A stretch of DNA of 64,000 nucleotides, taken from positions 11,782-75,781 of the forward strand of contig CAZDFU010000002.1 of assembly GCA_964504985.1 (NCBI GenBank), read 5' to 3'. Source of the DNA: an uncultured Gammaproteobacteria bacterium (GTDB taxonomy: Bacteria > Patescibacteriota > Microgenomatia > Daviesbacterales > UBA10151). The notes beneath the pieces are model-generated. The model saw nothing but the letters and a program-made list of their open reading frames with translations, searched no databases and was not told the origin of the DNA. The translations under genes and the position numbers were made by a program. The stretch's first letter is position 1, and each line of letters starts with the position of its first letter. Positions 9,428 through 19,671 of this stretch are shown here, piece after piece.

Positions 9428-10612
9428 TTAGGCTATTATTTTGGTAATAACACCTGCTCCAACTGTTTTACCACCTTCACGGACTGCAAACCTTAAACCT
9501 TCTTCCATAGCAACGGGGGTAATTAATTTTCCGACAATTTTAACAGTATCTCCAGGCATAGCCATTTCAACACCCTCAGGTAATTGCACTTCACCAGTCA
9601 CATCAGTGGTTCTGACATAAAACTGTGGCCTGTAGCCTTTGAAAAATGGGGTATGTCTTCCGCCTTCTTCTTTGGAAAGAATGTATACTTCTGCTTCAAA
9701 TTCAGAGTGAGGAGTTATAGAACCCGGCTTTGCTAAAACCTGACCACGCTCAACATCATCTTTCTCAATACCCCGGAGTAAAATTCCAGCATTATCTCCT
9801 GCCTGACCTTCATCCAATAATTTATGGAACATTTCAATTCCTGTAACCACGCTCTTTTTAGTAGGCCTTATTCCAACAATTTCAATTTCCTCATTAACTT
9901 TAACTTTACCTCTCTCAATTCTTCCAGTCACCACTGTTCCACGTCCTTTAATAGAAAATACATCTTCAACTGCCATCAGGAATGGCTTATCCACATCTCT
10001 TACCGGAGTTGGAATCCATTCATCAACTTTAGCCATAAGTTCTTCAATAGCTTTAACTGACTCCGGATCACCTTCCAAAGCTTTTTTAGCAGAACCCCGG
10101 ATTATTGGAGATTGTGAGTCATATTCATATTTTTTAAGCAAATCCCTGACTTCTTCTTCTACAAGATCCAAAAGCTCAGGATCATCCACCTGATCAACTT
10201 TATTAAGGAAAACTACAATAGCAGGAACACCTACCTGGCGGGCTAAAAGCAAATGTTCTCTGGTTTGCGGCATTGGACCATCCGGTGCAGAAACTACCAA
10301 AATTGCTCCATCTGTTTGAGCAGCACCGGTAATCATGTTTTTGATATAGTCTGCATGACCAGGCATGTCAATATGGGCATAGTGTCTTTTTTCTGTTTCA
10401 TATTCCTGATGGGAAATATTAATGGTAATACCGCGGGCTTTTTCTTCTGGAGCGTTGTCTATTTGGTCAACAGAGCGGGCCTCTGCCAGACCTTTATCAG
10501 ATAATACTTTGGTAATAGCAGCAGTTAGGGTTGTTTTACCGTGGTCAACATGACCCATGGTTCCAACATTAACATGCGGTTTTGATCTATCAAATTTTTT
10601 TGCGTCAGCCAT
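9428..10612 (-). CDS. tuf: Elongation factor Tu
   Basis: [23 protein letters not shown]; start at [13 protein letters not shown]. Confidence 0.99.
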   Translation of the reverse strand: MADAKKFDRSKPHVNVGTMGHVDHGKTTLTAAITKVLSDKGLAEARSVDQIDNAPEEKARGITINISHQEYETEKRHYAHIDMPGHADYIKNMITGAAQTDGAILVVSAPDGPMPQTREHLLLARQVGVPAIVVFLNKVDQVDDPELLDLVEEEVRDLLKKYEYDSQSPIIRGSAKKALEGDPESVKAIEELMAKVDEWIPTPVRDVDKPFLMAVEDVFSIKGRGTVVTGRIERGKVKVNEEIEIVGIRPTKKSVVTGIEMFHKLLDEGQAGDNAGILLRGIEKDDVERGQVLAKPGSITPHSEFEAEVYILSKEEGGRHTPFFKGYRPQFYVRTTDVTGEVQLPEGVEMAMPGDTVKIVGKLITPVAMEEGLRFAVREGGKTVGAGVITKIIA

Positions 10613-10651
10613 ATTTAAGTAATTAAACCAAAAAATACAGTCCCCTGTCAA

Positions 10652-10675
10652 GTTCATCCTGAGCCTGTCGAAGGA
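10652..10675 (+). repeat. Free copy of the 24-nt REP-like unit in the tuf leader
   Basis: gttcatcctgagcctgtcgaagga; same TGAGC..GTCGAA core as the rplC units, with a TCCT/AGGA stem. Confidence 0.75.
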
Positions 10676-10686
10676 CTGATACTAAA

Positions 10687-10715
10687 AATATACCTGATTT
10701 CTTCCTAAAATGCAA
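10687..10715 (-). promoter_or_regulatory. Promoter for tuf-rpsJ
   Basis: TTGCAT-17nt-TATATT. Confidence 0.6.
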
Positions 10716-10718
10716 GGG

Positions 10719-11825
10719 TTAAATTAAGCTAGCGAAAGCACCTCTTAATTTATACCATACTCTTGTACTTAAACTTCCAACCGCTGTTCTCGGGTTAAAC
10801 CTTATATCTTCCTTCGTCAATTTTCTATCCATTAGCTGCCGGATGCATTCTTTAACATCTTTACCTCGAAGTAAATTGAATAATTCACTAACTATCGGTG
10901 CATCAATTCTTCGTTCTCTTGCAAAAGCATATGCTCCTGGTATAGTAGAGAAAGCTTCTATCTCTTTGTCTCTAGATATCTGTTCTATTGTTTTACCTTT
11001 AGCAAATTCTTCGCCAGCCCTTCTATTTCTGGTTCCTTCTTGTATGCAAGATAAATATAAGTCTCCAGTGCCAGCAAGCCCTCTAACAGTTTCCTCGCTT
11101 GCTGCTCCCATGGCTATTACTAACCTGGACATTTCTGCCAATGCCCTAGTATAAAATAATGCCTCGCTGTTTCCAGCTACACCTAATCCTCTAGCAACTC
11201 CAATTCCAAAAGCATAGACATTTTTTAATGCTCCACATGCTTCCACCCCAACAGGATCATCTGATGCATAAATCCTCAGAAAAGAAGCACTAAATGACCG
11301 TTGCAGTTGTTCAATAAGAAAAGGGTTATAGGCAGCAATTACAGTCCCTGTTACCTTTCTTTTAACAAGCTCTTCCGCTTTATTTGGACCTGACCAAATA
11401 GCTATTCTATCTACCAAATCAGGGCTTGGATACCTTTTTAATATAAAAGTGGAAATTGTTGAGTTAACTTCTTTAATTAACCCTTTTGTCCCTATAACAA
11501 GGTTACTGTTACTGCTTAAAAGAGGCCTTTCTCCACCAAGCATCTGTTCTAGGACTAGATGAACTACCCTTGATGGAACAGCTACAATAACTATATCTTT
11601 ACCTGCTACTGCCTCTTCTAAATTATCAGTCGCTCTAATATCTTTTGATAATTTTATACCACCCAACCTTTTACTTACTCTGGTTCTCTGAAATTCTCTT
11701 AAGGCATCAGGATCAGGAAAGAAAGCTGTTGTGTCATGGCCTAAGCCTGCTGATATATCAGCAACAGCACTACCTAAAGCTCCAGCACTCACCACACCTA
11801 CACTTATTAAATGTTCTTTGAACAT
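10719..11825 (-). CDS. gpsA: NAD(P)H-dependent glycerol-3-phosphate dehydrogenase
   Basis: AVPS, TKG, SGPN, GALKNV, GLAGTGDL..TRN motifs; Rossmann motif variant SAGALG. Confidence 0.9.
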   Translation of the reverse strand: MFKEHLISVGVVSAGALGSAVADISAGLGHDTTAFFPDPDALREFQRTRVSKRLGGIKLSKDIRATDNLEEAVAGKDIVIVAVPSRVVHLVLEQMLGGERPLLSSNSNLVIGTKGLIKEVNSTISTFILKRYPSPDLVDRIAIWSGPNKAEELVKRKVTGTVIAAYNPFLIEQLQRSFSASFLRIYASDDPVGVEACGALKNVYAFGIGVARGLGVAGNSEALFYTRALAEMSRLVIAMGAASEETVRGLAGTGDLYLSCIQEGTRNRRAGEEFAKGKTIEQISRDKEIEAFSTIPGAYAFARERRIDAPIVSELFNLLRGKDVKECIRQLMDRKLTKEDIRFNPRTAVGSLSTRVWYKLRGAFASLI

Positions 11826-11829
11826 GAAA

Positions 11830-13974
11830 TTAATGTTCTACTCTGCCTGTGAAGCCTGAGGATTCAATGATCTTTTGGGTGATGTTAGAAGGCACTGTTT
11901 CATAATGATCTGCCTCCATATAGTATGTTGCCCTGCCTTGAGACATACTTCTTATGGCTGTAGCATAACCATGCATTTCTGCCAAAGGTACTAATGCGAC
12001 TACTACTCTGGCAGTTCCTCTTGTTTCAGATGATAAAATTTGAGCTCTTTTTGCAGACAAGTCACCAATAATTTCTCCTAAAAATTCATCAGGAGTGGTT
12101 ACTTCTACCTTCATAATAGGCTCAAGTAAGATCAAGTCAGCTTTTTTGGCTGCCTCAGAGAGCCCTAATGAGGCAGCAATCTTAAATGCCACCTCTGATG
12201 AGTCAACATCATGAAAAGACCCATCATAAACCACCACTTTAATATCAGTCACAGGGTATCCTGCTAAAATACCTGTATCCTCTTTTTCGGTTACTCCTTT
12301 TTCAATAGGAGGAATAAACTCCCTTGGGATAGCTCCGCCCACAATTTCTGAGGCAAATTCCCTGCCGCTGCCTCTTGGGAGTGGTTCAATTCTTAGCAGA
12401 CAATGACCATATTGGCCACGGCCTCCTGTTTGGCGGATATATTTACCCTCACCCTCAGCTATTTTTGTAATGGTTTCTTTATAGGCAACCTGGGGCTGAC
12501 CAACATTGGCTTCAACTTTAAATTCTCTTTTCATTCTGTCAACCAGAACCTCCAACTGAAGCTCTCCCATGCCAGCAATTATTGTTTGTCCTGTTTCAGC
12601 ATCAGATTTTACTCTAAAAGTGGGGTCTTCCTCAGATAAACGGTTTAAAGCATAGCCTAATTTTTCCTGATCACTCTTTGTTTTTGGTTCTATTGCCAAA
12701 GAAATAACCGGTTCGGGGAATGAAATATTTTCCAAAATTATAGGAGCAGTCTCATCGCAAAGAGTATCTCCAGTTATAGTATCTTTAAGTCCCACTGCTG
12801 CTACAATTTCTCCTGCATATGCTTCCTCGATTTCTTCCCTATCGTTAGCGTGCATCAATAGAAGCCTTCCTACTCTTTCTTTTATTTGTTTTGTAGCATT
12901 ATAAACATATGAACCGCTTTTCAAAGTTCCTGAATAAACTCTGATATAGGTTAATTTACCAACATGAGGATCAACCTGAATTTTAAAAGCTAGAGCTGAT
13001 AAAGGCTGGGTGGAATCTGCTTTCCTTATCTCTTGTTCCTCAGTTCCTGGTTTAAACCCATAAACTTCAGAAATATCTTGCGGGGAGGGTAAATACTCCA
13101 CCACACAATCAAGCATTAACTGAACCCCTTTATTCCTTAAAGAAGACCCTGCTAAAACAGGTACAATTTTATTGTCTATAACTGCTTTCCTTAAAGCCTT
13201 TTTAAGCTCTTCTACTGAGATTTCTTCACCACCAAGATATTTTTCCATTAAGACATCGTCTGTTCCAGAAATTTCTTCCACCAGTTTTTCCCTGTGTTCT
13301 TCTACCTGGGAAACCATATCCGCAGGGATTTCTACCTCATTAAATTTTGCTCCTGTTTGATCACCCTCCCAAATAAAAGCTTTTTTTGTTAAAAGATCAA
13401 CAACACCTTTAAAATCATTTTCTTTACCAATAGGCAGGTTATAGGGCAGTGCATTTGCTCCCAATCTATCCCTGGCAGACTGAATCGTGCCTAGAAAATC
13501 TGCTCCCACCACATCCATTTTGTTGGAAAAAGCAATGAGCGGAACTTTGTATTTATTAGCCTGTCTCCAAACTGTTTCTGTCTGTGATTGAACACCAGAT
13601 GATGAATCCAAAACAATAACTCCACCATCCAAAACCCTCAAGGACCTTTCAACTTCTGCTGTAAAATCAACATGGCCCGGGGTATCAATTAAATTAATTC
13701 TTACTTCAGCATCCTTAAATAGAGCTTCATCCCTTTTGGCTACCCAAAAAGTGGTGATAGCAGCAGAAACAATAGTAATTCCTCTTTCTTTTTCCTGCTC
13801 CATCCAGTCAGTGGTAGTAGTGCCTTCATCAATATCTCCAATTTTATAGGTTCTGCCAGTATAAAATAGGATTCTCTCTGTAGTGGTAGTTTTACCTGCA
13901 TCAATATGGGCAATAATACCAATGTTTCTGATCCTATCTAATGGGAAATCTCTTTTTGTTTTTTGAACAGCCAT
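11830..13974 (-). CDS. fusA: Elongation factor G
   Basis: [31 protein letters not shown] motifs. Confidence 0.99.
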   Translation of the reverse strand: MAVQKTKRDFPLDRIRNIGIIAHIDAGKTTTTERILFYTGRTYKIGDIDEGTTTTDWMEQEKERGITIVSAAITTFWVAKRDEALFKDAEVRINLIDTPGHVDFTAEVERSLRVLDGGVIVLDSSSGVQSQTETVWRQANKYKVPLIAFSNKMDVVGADFLGTIQSARDRLGANALPYNLPIGKENDFKGVVDLLTKKAFIWEGDQTGAKFNEVEIPADMVSQVEEHREKLVEEISGTDDVLMEKYLGGEEISVEELKKALRKAVIDNKIVPVLAGSSLRNKGVQLMLDCVVEYLPSPQDISEVYGFKPGTEEQEIRKADSTQPLSALAFKIQVDPHVGKLTYIRVYSGTLKSGSYVYNATKQIKERVGRLLLMHANDREEIEEAYAGEIVAAVGLKDTITGDTLCDETAPIILENISFPEPVISLAIEPKTKSDQEKLGYALNRLSEEDPTFRVKSDAETGQTIIAGMGELQLEVLVDRMKREFKVEANVGQPQVAYKETITKIAEGEGKYIRQTGGRGQYGHCLLRIEPLPRGSGREFASEIVGGAIPREFIPPIEKGVTEKEDTGILAGYPVTDIKVVVYDGSFHDVDSSEVAFKIAASLGLSEAAKKADLILLEPIMKVEVTTPDEFLGEIIGDLSAKRAQILSSETRGTARVVVALVPLAEMHGYATAIRSMSQGRATYYMEADHYETVPSNITQKIIESSGFTGRVEH

Positions 13975-14033
13975 AACTGGGGTTAAGCGTCAAGGGGAAA
14001 GTTTTTCACTCTTTACCCTTTGCGGTTTCTGCT

Positions 14034-14255
14034 TTAGCCTTCCTCCAATTCTTTAATAATCTTTTTTACTTGATCAATCTGTACCCTGAAAGTTTCTGAA
14101 TCCTCAATAGCCATAGTATAGGCTGCGTTTTCAGACAGGTCACCTTCTTGGGCTGCAGCACCTTTTTTGTGTTGAGTTTCTACAAGCTGATCCTCAAGTT
14201 TTTTGAGGTTCTCTTTCCACATCTTAAGTTTTTCTTGCTTTAATTTATCATCCAT
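14034..14255 (-). CDS. GreA-like protein, N-terminal coiled-coil only (73 aa)
   Basis: AAAQEGDLSENAAY matches the Gre tip motif GDLSENAEY; clean TAA stop, no C-terminal domain. Confidence 0.85.
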   Translation of the reverse strand: MDDKLKQEKLKMWKENLKKLEDQLVETQHKKGAAAQEGDLSENAAYTMAIEDSETFRVQIDQVKKIIKELEEG

Positions 14256-14284
14256 AATTTTATTTTAGATTGTTACTTACTAAC

Positions 14285-14310
14285 AAAAAACCTCCCTCAA
14301 ACTGGGAGGC
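14285..14310 (-). terminator. Intrinsic terminator upstream of the mini-GreA gene
   Basis: GCCTCCC-agtttga-GGGAGGT-TTTTT. Confidence 0.8.
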
Positions 14311-14319
14311 AACAAGTAA

Positions 14320-14348
14320 ATACTAATGAATTTGATCCTAAAAGTCAA
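14320..14348 (-). promoter_or_regulatory. Promoter immediately upstream of the terminator and mini-GreA
   Basis: TTGACT-17nt-TAGTAT. Confidence 0.55.
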
Positions 14349-14361
14349 CAACAGATCAGTC

Positions 14362-14580
14362 TTAGGCAGCTGGAGGAAGGGGATCAGAATCTGGTGGGTT
14401 TGAATTACGATTTATATTAATAGGCGGTCTAAGTCTAGTTAAAACCTCCTGTGTTGAGCGAGGCATACGTGCAAGTGCTTCAATTGCTTCAGGCTTTCTT
14501 GTGATATCTAACACTCTGAATGTTCCAATAGAGATTATTTTTCTTCCTTCCCCACATCCATTTGATTCAACTGAACGCAT
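14362..14580 (-). CDS. Hypothetical protein (72 aa)
   Basis: Preceded by TTGAAA-16nt-(TG)TAAGAT-6nt-ATG leaderless promoter geometry. Confidence 0.6.
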   Translation of the reverse strand: MRSVESNGCGEGRKIISIGTFRVLDITRKPEAIEALARMPRSTQEVLTRLRPPININRNSNPPDSDPLPPAA

Positions 14581-14679
14581 AAGTTTATCTTAACAGATAA
14601 CTTTTTCTTTTCAAGATAGAATCTTTTTATAAAAGATAGCTCGATCACCATACTGATTTAGGCCCTTTTTAATCTCTTT

Positions 14680-14748
14680 ATAAACTTCCGCGGACTCTTG
14701 CAATTGCAAAGCAATTGGGTGTATTGTCCGGGGTTTTCTGCTAGTGAT
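14680..14748. mobile_element. Dispersed hairpin element, copy A (IS200/IS605 end-like or REP-like)
   Basis: ataaacttccgcgga...tccggggttttctgctagtgat; ends shared with 54798-54840; internal caattgc-aaa-gcaattg hairpin. Confidence 0.6.
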
Positions 14749-14860
14749 AATAATCCAATCCATATTGAGTAGCTCTGTTTGAATAGCTCTGTGGCCAATG
14801 ATTAATACATTAATATCACGATCGTAGTATTTTTGTCACAACTCATCCAAAAAATTTTTC
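14749..14860 (-). pseudogene. Fragment resembling the C-terminal part of a histidine phosphatase
   Basis: KNFLDEL*QKYYDRDINVLIIGHRA/TQYGLDYY with an in-frame TGA and a frameshifting 14-bp tandem duplication (14765-14792). Confidence 0.55.
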
Positions 14861-14999
14861 CTCCTTTTTGCGTTGCTGGTATTTTATTTCTTTCTTAGAT
14901 CTTTTAAGTAAATCGGACCAACATTTTTTACTGCAATAAAACCCGGATCCTTTCCACATCTCAATTATTGACGGATGAAAACCGGATATTAATATTGAC

Positions 15000-15476
15000 T
15001 CACCAGCGGAAATGACTAAATGCGCGGTTGGCAGCTGCAACCTTTTGAGTATCCTCTTTTTTCTTAATGGCTAAACCAGTACTATTGGCAGCATCCTGCA
15101 GTTCTGCTGCTAATTTAGCTGCAAATGAATGAAACTGTTTATTTGATTTGGACTTTGCTCCAGCTATTATCCACCTGATTGCCAAAGCTTCTTTCCTGTC
15201 TCCCCTTACCTCAATTGGTACCTGGTATGATGCCCCACCCACTCTTCTGGGCTTTACTTCCATTTTTGGGGAAACATTTTGAATAGCTTTCTCAAAAATA
15301 GCCACAGGATCTTGCTTTGTCTGCTCTTTGATAGAATCCAGTGCCTGATAAACCACCTTTTGGGCAGTAGATTTTTTACCATCCGCTGTAATCTTATTTA
15401 TAAAACGGGTTACCAATTTCGACCCAAAAATAGGGTCTGGTTGTAATATCCGCTTGGTGACTTTTCCACTTCTCAT
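15000..15476 (-). CDS. rpsG: 30S ribosomal protein S7
   Basis: RRVGGASYQVP, ALAIRWI, ANRAFSHFRW motifs. Confidence 0.98.
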   Translation of the reverse strand: MRSGKVTKRILQPDPIFGSKLVTRFINKITADGKKSTAQKVVYQALDSIKEQTKQDPVAIFEKAIQNVSPKMEVKPRRVGGASYQVPIEVRGDRKEALAIRWIIAGAKSKSNKQFHSFAAKLAAELQDAANSTGLAIKKKEDTQKVAAANRAFSHFRW

Positions 15477-15490
15477 AACTCAATACTCTT

Positions 15491-15949
15491 TCACGCTGGA
15501 GCAGGCTGAGCAACTGCAGCTCTTGGAGCAACTGCGCCTCTCCCGCCTTTCTTGGTGCCGTATTTAGACCTGCCCTTTTTTCTATTAACAACTCCTGCCA
15601 AATCAAGCTTACCTCTTACTAAATGATATTTAACACCTGGAAGATCTTTAACCCTTCCTCCCCTGACTAAAACTATTCCATGTTCTGCTAACGCGTGACC
15701 CTCACCCTGGATGTAAGCTGTCACCTCTGTCCTGTTGGATAATCTGACCCTAGCTACTTTTCTTAAGGCAGAATTTGGCTTTTTAGGAGTCATTGTTTTC
15801 ACCAAAGTCACTACACCCCTTTTTTGAGGGCTAAAATCAGCTGTGTAACGCCTATCTTTAGCATTAAACCCACGCCTTAGAGCCGTTGCTTTAATCTTTT
15901 TTGCGACCTTTTTCCGGCCTTTTCTCACTAATTGATTAATTGTTGGCAT
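15491..15949 (-). CDS. rpsL: 30S ribosomal protein S12
   Basis: [27 protein letters not shown] motifs. Confidence 0.99.
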   Translation of the reverse strand: MPTINQLVRKGRKKVAKKIKATALRRGFNAKDRRYTADFSPQKRGVVTLVKTMTPKKPNSALRKVARVRLSNRTEVTAYIQGEGHALAEHGIVLVRGGRVKDLPGVKYHLVRGKLDLAGVVNRKKGRSKYGTKKGGRGAVAPRAAVAQPAPA

Positions 15950-15963
15950 ATGTTATCTGGTGT

Positions 15964-18900
15964 TTAATTATCAACTTTAGCCCTTTCGGAGCTAGTTGGT
16001 ATTAAACGCCCTATTATAACATTTTCCTTAAGCCCTATCAGCTTATCAAGCTTACCAGATATGGCAGCTTCAGCCAGCACGGAAGTTGTTTCCTGGAAGG
16101 ATGCAGATGATAAGAAACTCTCGGTTTGCAAAGAAGCCCGGGTAATACCTAAAATTACCACCTCAGCAGTTGCAGGCTCTCCGCCCTCTACCAGAACCCT
16201 TTTATTTTCGTCTTCAAACCGCAGCTTATCAATAATCTCACCAGGTAATAAGTTAGTATCACCTTGTGACTCAACTTTAACCTTATCAGACATCTTTCTG
16301 ACAATTACCTCAAAATGTTTCTCGTTTATTGGAACACCCTGGGATTCATAAACAGAACGTACCTCATCAACTATATATCTTTGAGCTGCCCTTAAACCCT
16401 GAATCCGTAATGTTTCTTTTACGTCTATATGCCCTGTTGCCAAAACAGTCCCTGCATCTATTAATTGTCCTTCCTCAACTGACAAAGCAGAGGTTGCAGG
16501 AACAATATATTCTCTTTCCTCATGGGGTTTTTGGGTTGTCCTGACCCTTACCCTTGTTCCCAGTTCTGTCTCAATTATGGAAACTTTACCTGCAATTTCA
16601 GACATTGGGGCCACAATCTTGGGAGTTCTAGCCTCATATAATTCTTCAACTCTTGGTAAACCCTGGGTAATATCCAAACCTACAATTCCTCCGGTGTGGA
16701 AAGTACGCATGGTTAGTTGTGTCCCAGGCTCACCTATAGCCTGGGCAGCTACTACTCCAACAGGCGTCCCGATTGCTACCAGTTCTCTGGTTGTTAAATC
16801 AGCTCCATAGCAGCTCTTACAAATCCCATATTTTGCCTCGCAAGTTAAAGGAGAACGGGCTAAAACCTTAGTTACTAAAGCTTGGAGTATCTTAAGAATA
16901 ATCTCTTCTGTTAGAAGAGTTCCTGCTTTAACTATAACTTTACGGCTGCCTGGCTCATTAATATTTTCCGAAAGTATGCGCCCTAATAACTTTTCTCTGG
17001 CATTACTAAAAGCGTTTTTCGATATTTCATATTCTAAGCTGGCAGTAGTCCCGCAGTCATCCATCCTAACAATCACATCATGTGCTACATCTACCAACCT
17101 TCTGGTCAAATACCCTGCATCTGCAGTTTTCAAGGCTTTATCAGCTACTCCTTTTCTGGCACCTCTGGCTGATGTAAAGTACTCAAAAACAGAAAGACCT
17201 TGTCTGTAATTTGATTTGGTTGGGAGTTCCACAATCTTTCCTGTTGGATCAGTTGATAAACCTCTCATAGCAGAAAGCTGCTTTGCCTGATCACGGGACC
17301 CTCTTGCACCAGCCTCCACCATCATTCTAATAGGATTATCTGTTTCCAGATAATCCCAGGTGGCTGAGGCTAAATCTTCTGTTATTTTGATCCAAACCAT
17401 TTGAGAAAGTTGTGATTTTTCCTGCGGAGTAATCAACCCCTTTGCCACGTTTCCTTCAATCTTAGCAATCTCTGCCTCTGCCTCATCCAGATATTTCTGT
17501 TTATCAGGCACAATTTTAGCATCAAAGATGGAAATAGATACTCCAGCAATAGTTGCTCCCCAAAATCCTATTGACTTGATATTATCAATAAGACCGGCGA
17601 CAGCTTCCTTATCCAAAACCTGGGTAGCTTTAAGGATGATATCACGAATAGTAATTCCTTTAATAACTGAGTTTAGAAATCTCATATGGGGAGGGAGAGC
17701 CTCATTGAATAAAATCCTTCCAACTGATGTCTCAATAACTTCCTTATCAATTCTGACTTTAACTTTCTCTCTAACAGAAACTTTTCCTATTTGGTAAGCC
17801 CTAATTGCATCTTCCCCGCTAAGAAAAAACTTGGCATCTTCCCCTTCTTTTGGATTATCAAGCATGGTAATGTAGTAACAACCCAAGGCCATTTCCCTGT
17901 TTGGAACAGTTATTGGCTGAGCATTAGCCGGGCCAAAGATATTTTCCTTTGCCATCATCAAATCCTTTGCTTCTTCCTGGGCTTTAGCTGATAAGGGCAC
18001 ATGAACTGCCATTTGATCCCCGTCAAAATCAGCATTAAAACCAGCACAAATACAAGGATGGATCTGAATTGCATTACCATCAACTAAAACAGGGAAAAAC
18101 GCCTGGATACCTAATCTGTGCAGGGTAGGAGCACGGTTTATTAAGATTGGATGGCCGTCAATAATTTCTTCTAAAATATCCCAAACCTCTGGTGGTCTTC
18201 CCTCTAAAACATTCTTTGCGCCTTTGACATTTGAGGACAGCCCTCTTGCTATCATTTCCCTTAAAACAAAAGGCTTAAACATCTCCAAAGCCATTTCCTT
18301 GGGTAAACCTACTTGATCAAGCCTCAGTTTAGGACCCACTACAATTACAGACCTTCCTGAATAATCAACACGCTTACCGAGTAAGTTTTGTCTAAACCTG
18401 CCTTGTTTTCCCCGCAACATATCAGAAAGGGATCTTAAGACATGTGATGTAACAGGACCTCCTCTTCTGGAGGTTCTGGAAGATGCATCAATCAAGCTAT
18501 CAACTGCTTCCTGAAGCATTCTTTTTTCGTTACGCAAAATTATTTCAGGAGCACCCAAGTTTATCAATCTATTCAAACGGTTATTTCTATTTATAACCCT
18601 TCTATATAAATCGTTTAAATCCGAGGTGGCAAAACGGCCTCCTGGGAGTTGTACCATTGGACGAAGGTCAGGAGGTAAAACTGGTAAAACCCTCAAAACC
18701 AGCCAATCTGATGAGATACCTGAACCGCGCATTCCCTCGACTACCCTCAATCTTTTGGTGGCCTTGATATGTTTTTGGCCTGTGGATTTTCTAACTTCTT
18801 CCCTAAGAGATGCTGATAATTTATCTAAATCCAGTTTTTGTAATACTTCAAGAATACTTTCTGCTCCCATTCCTAAAGCGACAAAGCCGGAAACCCCATA

Positions 18901-19656
18901 TTCTGATAGTTTGTAATATTCTTCCTCAGACAATAATTTCAAAGGAGCAACACTTTTTACTAAATCAGACACAACCTTGTAAATGCTTTCCAGTTGGCCT
19001 GCTTCTACTACCTGGGCATCTCTTAATTTTTGTTTTTCCGCTCTGCTTTTTATTTCTCTCTCTTGTGCTTCAAGCTCAAACTTTTCTTTTTCTGATCCCT
19101 TTTTTAAAGTAGTCAGGTTTTTTTTCAATTCATCTTCCAAACCTTTAATATTTTTTTCCATATTGGCACGCGATTCTTCCACTTTTTGAGCCAAGTCTTT
19201 TTCCAATTTTTCTAGTGCAGCAGTTTTTTGAGCAGGATCAATGCTAATTACCAAATATGCAGCAAAATAAACAACTGCCTCCAAATTCTTAGGAGAAATG
19301 TCTAAAATTAGGGATAACTTAGAAGGAGCCCCTTTCACAAACCAGGAGTGGGCAACAGGGGAAGCTAAGGTGATATGTCCCATCCTTTCACGCCTTACTT
19401 TAGATTGGGTTACTTCAACACCACATTTATCACAAATTACCCCTCTAAATCTGATCCTTTTATACTTTCCGCAATAACACTCATAATCTTTGGTTGGACC
19501 AAAGATATTCTCAGAAAATAGACCATCTTTTTCAGCTTTCAAGGTCCGGTAATTAATGGTTTCAGGCTTTGTCACCTCACCAAAAGACCAGCTCCTGATT
19601 TGCTCAGGTGATGCAACTGTTAATCTTAAACTTTCAAAATCTAAAAGATCATTCAT
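15964..19656 (-). CDS. rpoC: RNA polymerase beta' subunit
   Basis: NADFDGDQMAVH, GKRVDYSGRSVI, EPGTQLTMRTFH motifs. Confidence 0.99.
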   Translation of the reverse strand: MNDLLDFESLRLTVASPEQIRSWSFGEVTKPETINYRTLKAEKDGLFSENIFGPTKDYECYCGKYKRIRFRGVICDKCGVEVTQSKVRRERMGHITLASPVAHSWFVKGAPSKLSLILDISPKNLEAVVYFAAYLVISIDPAQKTAALEKLEKDLAQKVEESRANMEKNIKGLEDELKKNLTTLKKGSEKEKFELEAQEREIKSRAEKQKLRDAQVVEAGQLESIYKVVSDLVKSVAPLKLLSEEEYYKLSEYGVSGFVALGMGAESILEVLQKLDLDKLSASLREEVRKSTGQKHIKATKRLRVVEGMRGSGISSDWLVLRVLPVLPPDLRPMVQLPGGRFATSDLNDLYRRVINRNNRLNRLINLGAPEIILRNEKRMLQEAVDSLIDASSRTSRRGGPVTSHVLRSLSDMLRGKQGRFRQNLLGKRVDYSGRSVIVVGPKLRLDQVGLPKEMALEMFKPFVLREMIARGLSSNVKGAKNVLEGRPPEVWDILEEIIDGHPILINRAPTLHRLGIQAFFPVLVDGNAIQIHPCICAGFNADFDGDQMAVHVPLSAKAQEEAKDLMMAKENIFGPANAQPITVPNREMALGCYYITMLDNPKEGEDAKFFLSGEDAIRAYQIGKVSVREKVKVRIDKEVIETSVGRILFNEALPPHMRFLNSVIKGITIRDIILKATQVLDKEAVAGLIDNIKSIGFWGATIAGVSISIFDAKIVPDKQKYLDEAEAEIAKIEGNVAKGLITPQEKSQLSQMVWIKITEDLASATWDYLETDNPIRMMVEAGARGSRDQAKQLSAMRGLSTDPTGKIVELPTKSNYRQGLSVFEYFTSARGARKGVADKALKTADAGYLTRRLVDVAHDVIVRMDDCGTTASLEYEISKNAFSNAREKLLGRILSENINEPGSRKVIVKAGTLLTEEIILKILQALVTKVLARSPLTCEAKYGICKSCYGADLTTRELVAIGTPVGVVAAQAIGEPGTQLTMRTFHTGGIVGLDITQGLPRVEELYEARTPKIVAPMSEIAGKVSIIETELGTRVRVRTTQKPHEEREYIVPATSALSVEEGQLIDAGTVLATGHIDVKETLRIQGLRAAQRYIVDEVRSVYESQGVPINEKHFEVIVRKMSDKVKVESQGDTNLLPGEIIDKLRFEDENKRVLVEGGEPATAEVVILGITRASLQTESFLSSASFQETTSVLAEAAISGKLDKLIGLKENVIIGRLIPTSSERAKVDN

Positions 19657-19671
19657 AATTTCACTACGGGC

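Noticed and set aside
14843-15040. 65-aa ORF overlapping the rpsG end
   Set aside because: Start lies out of frame inside rpsG; better explained as gene debris.
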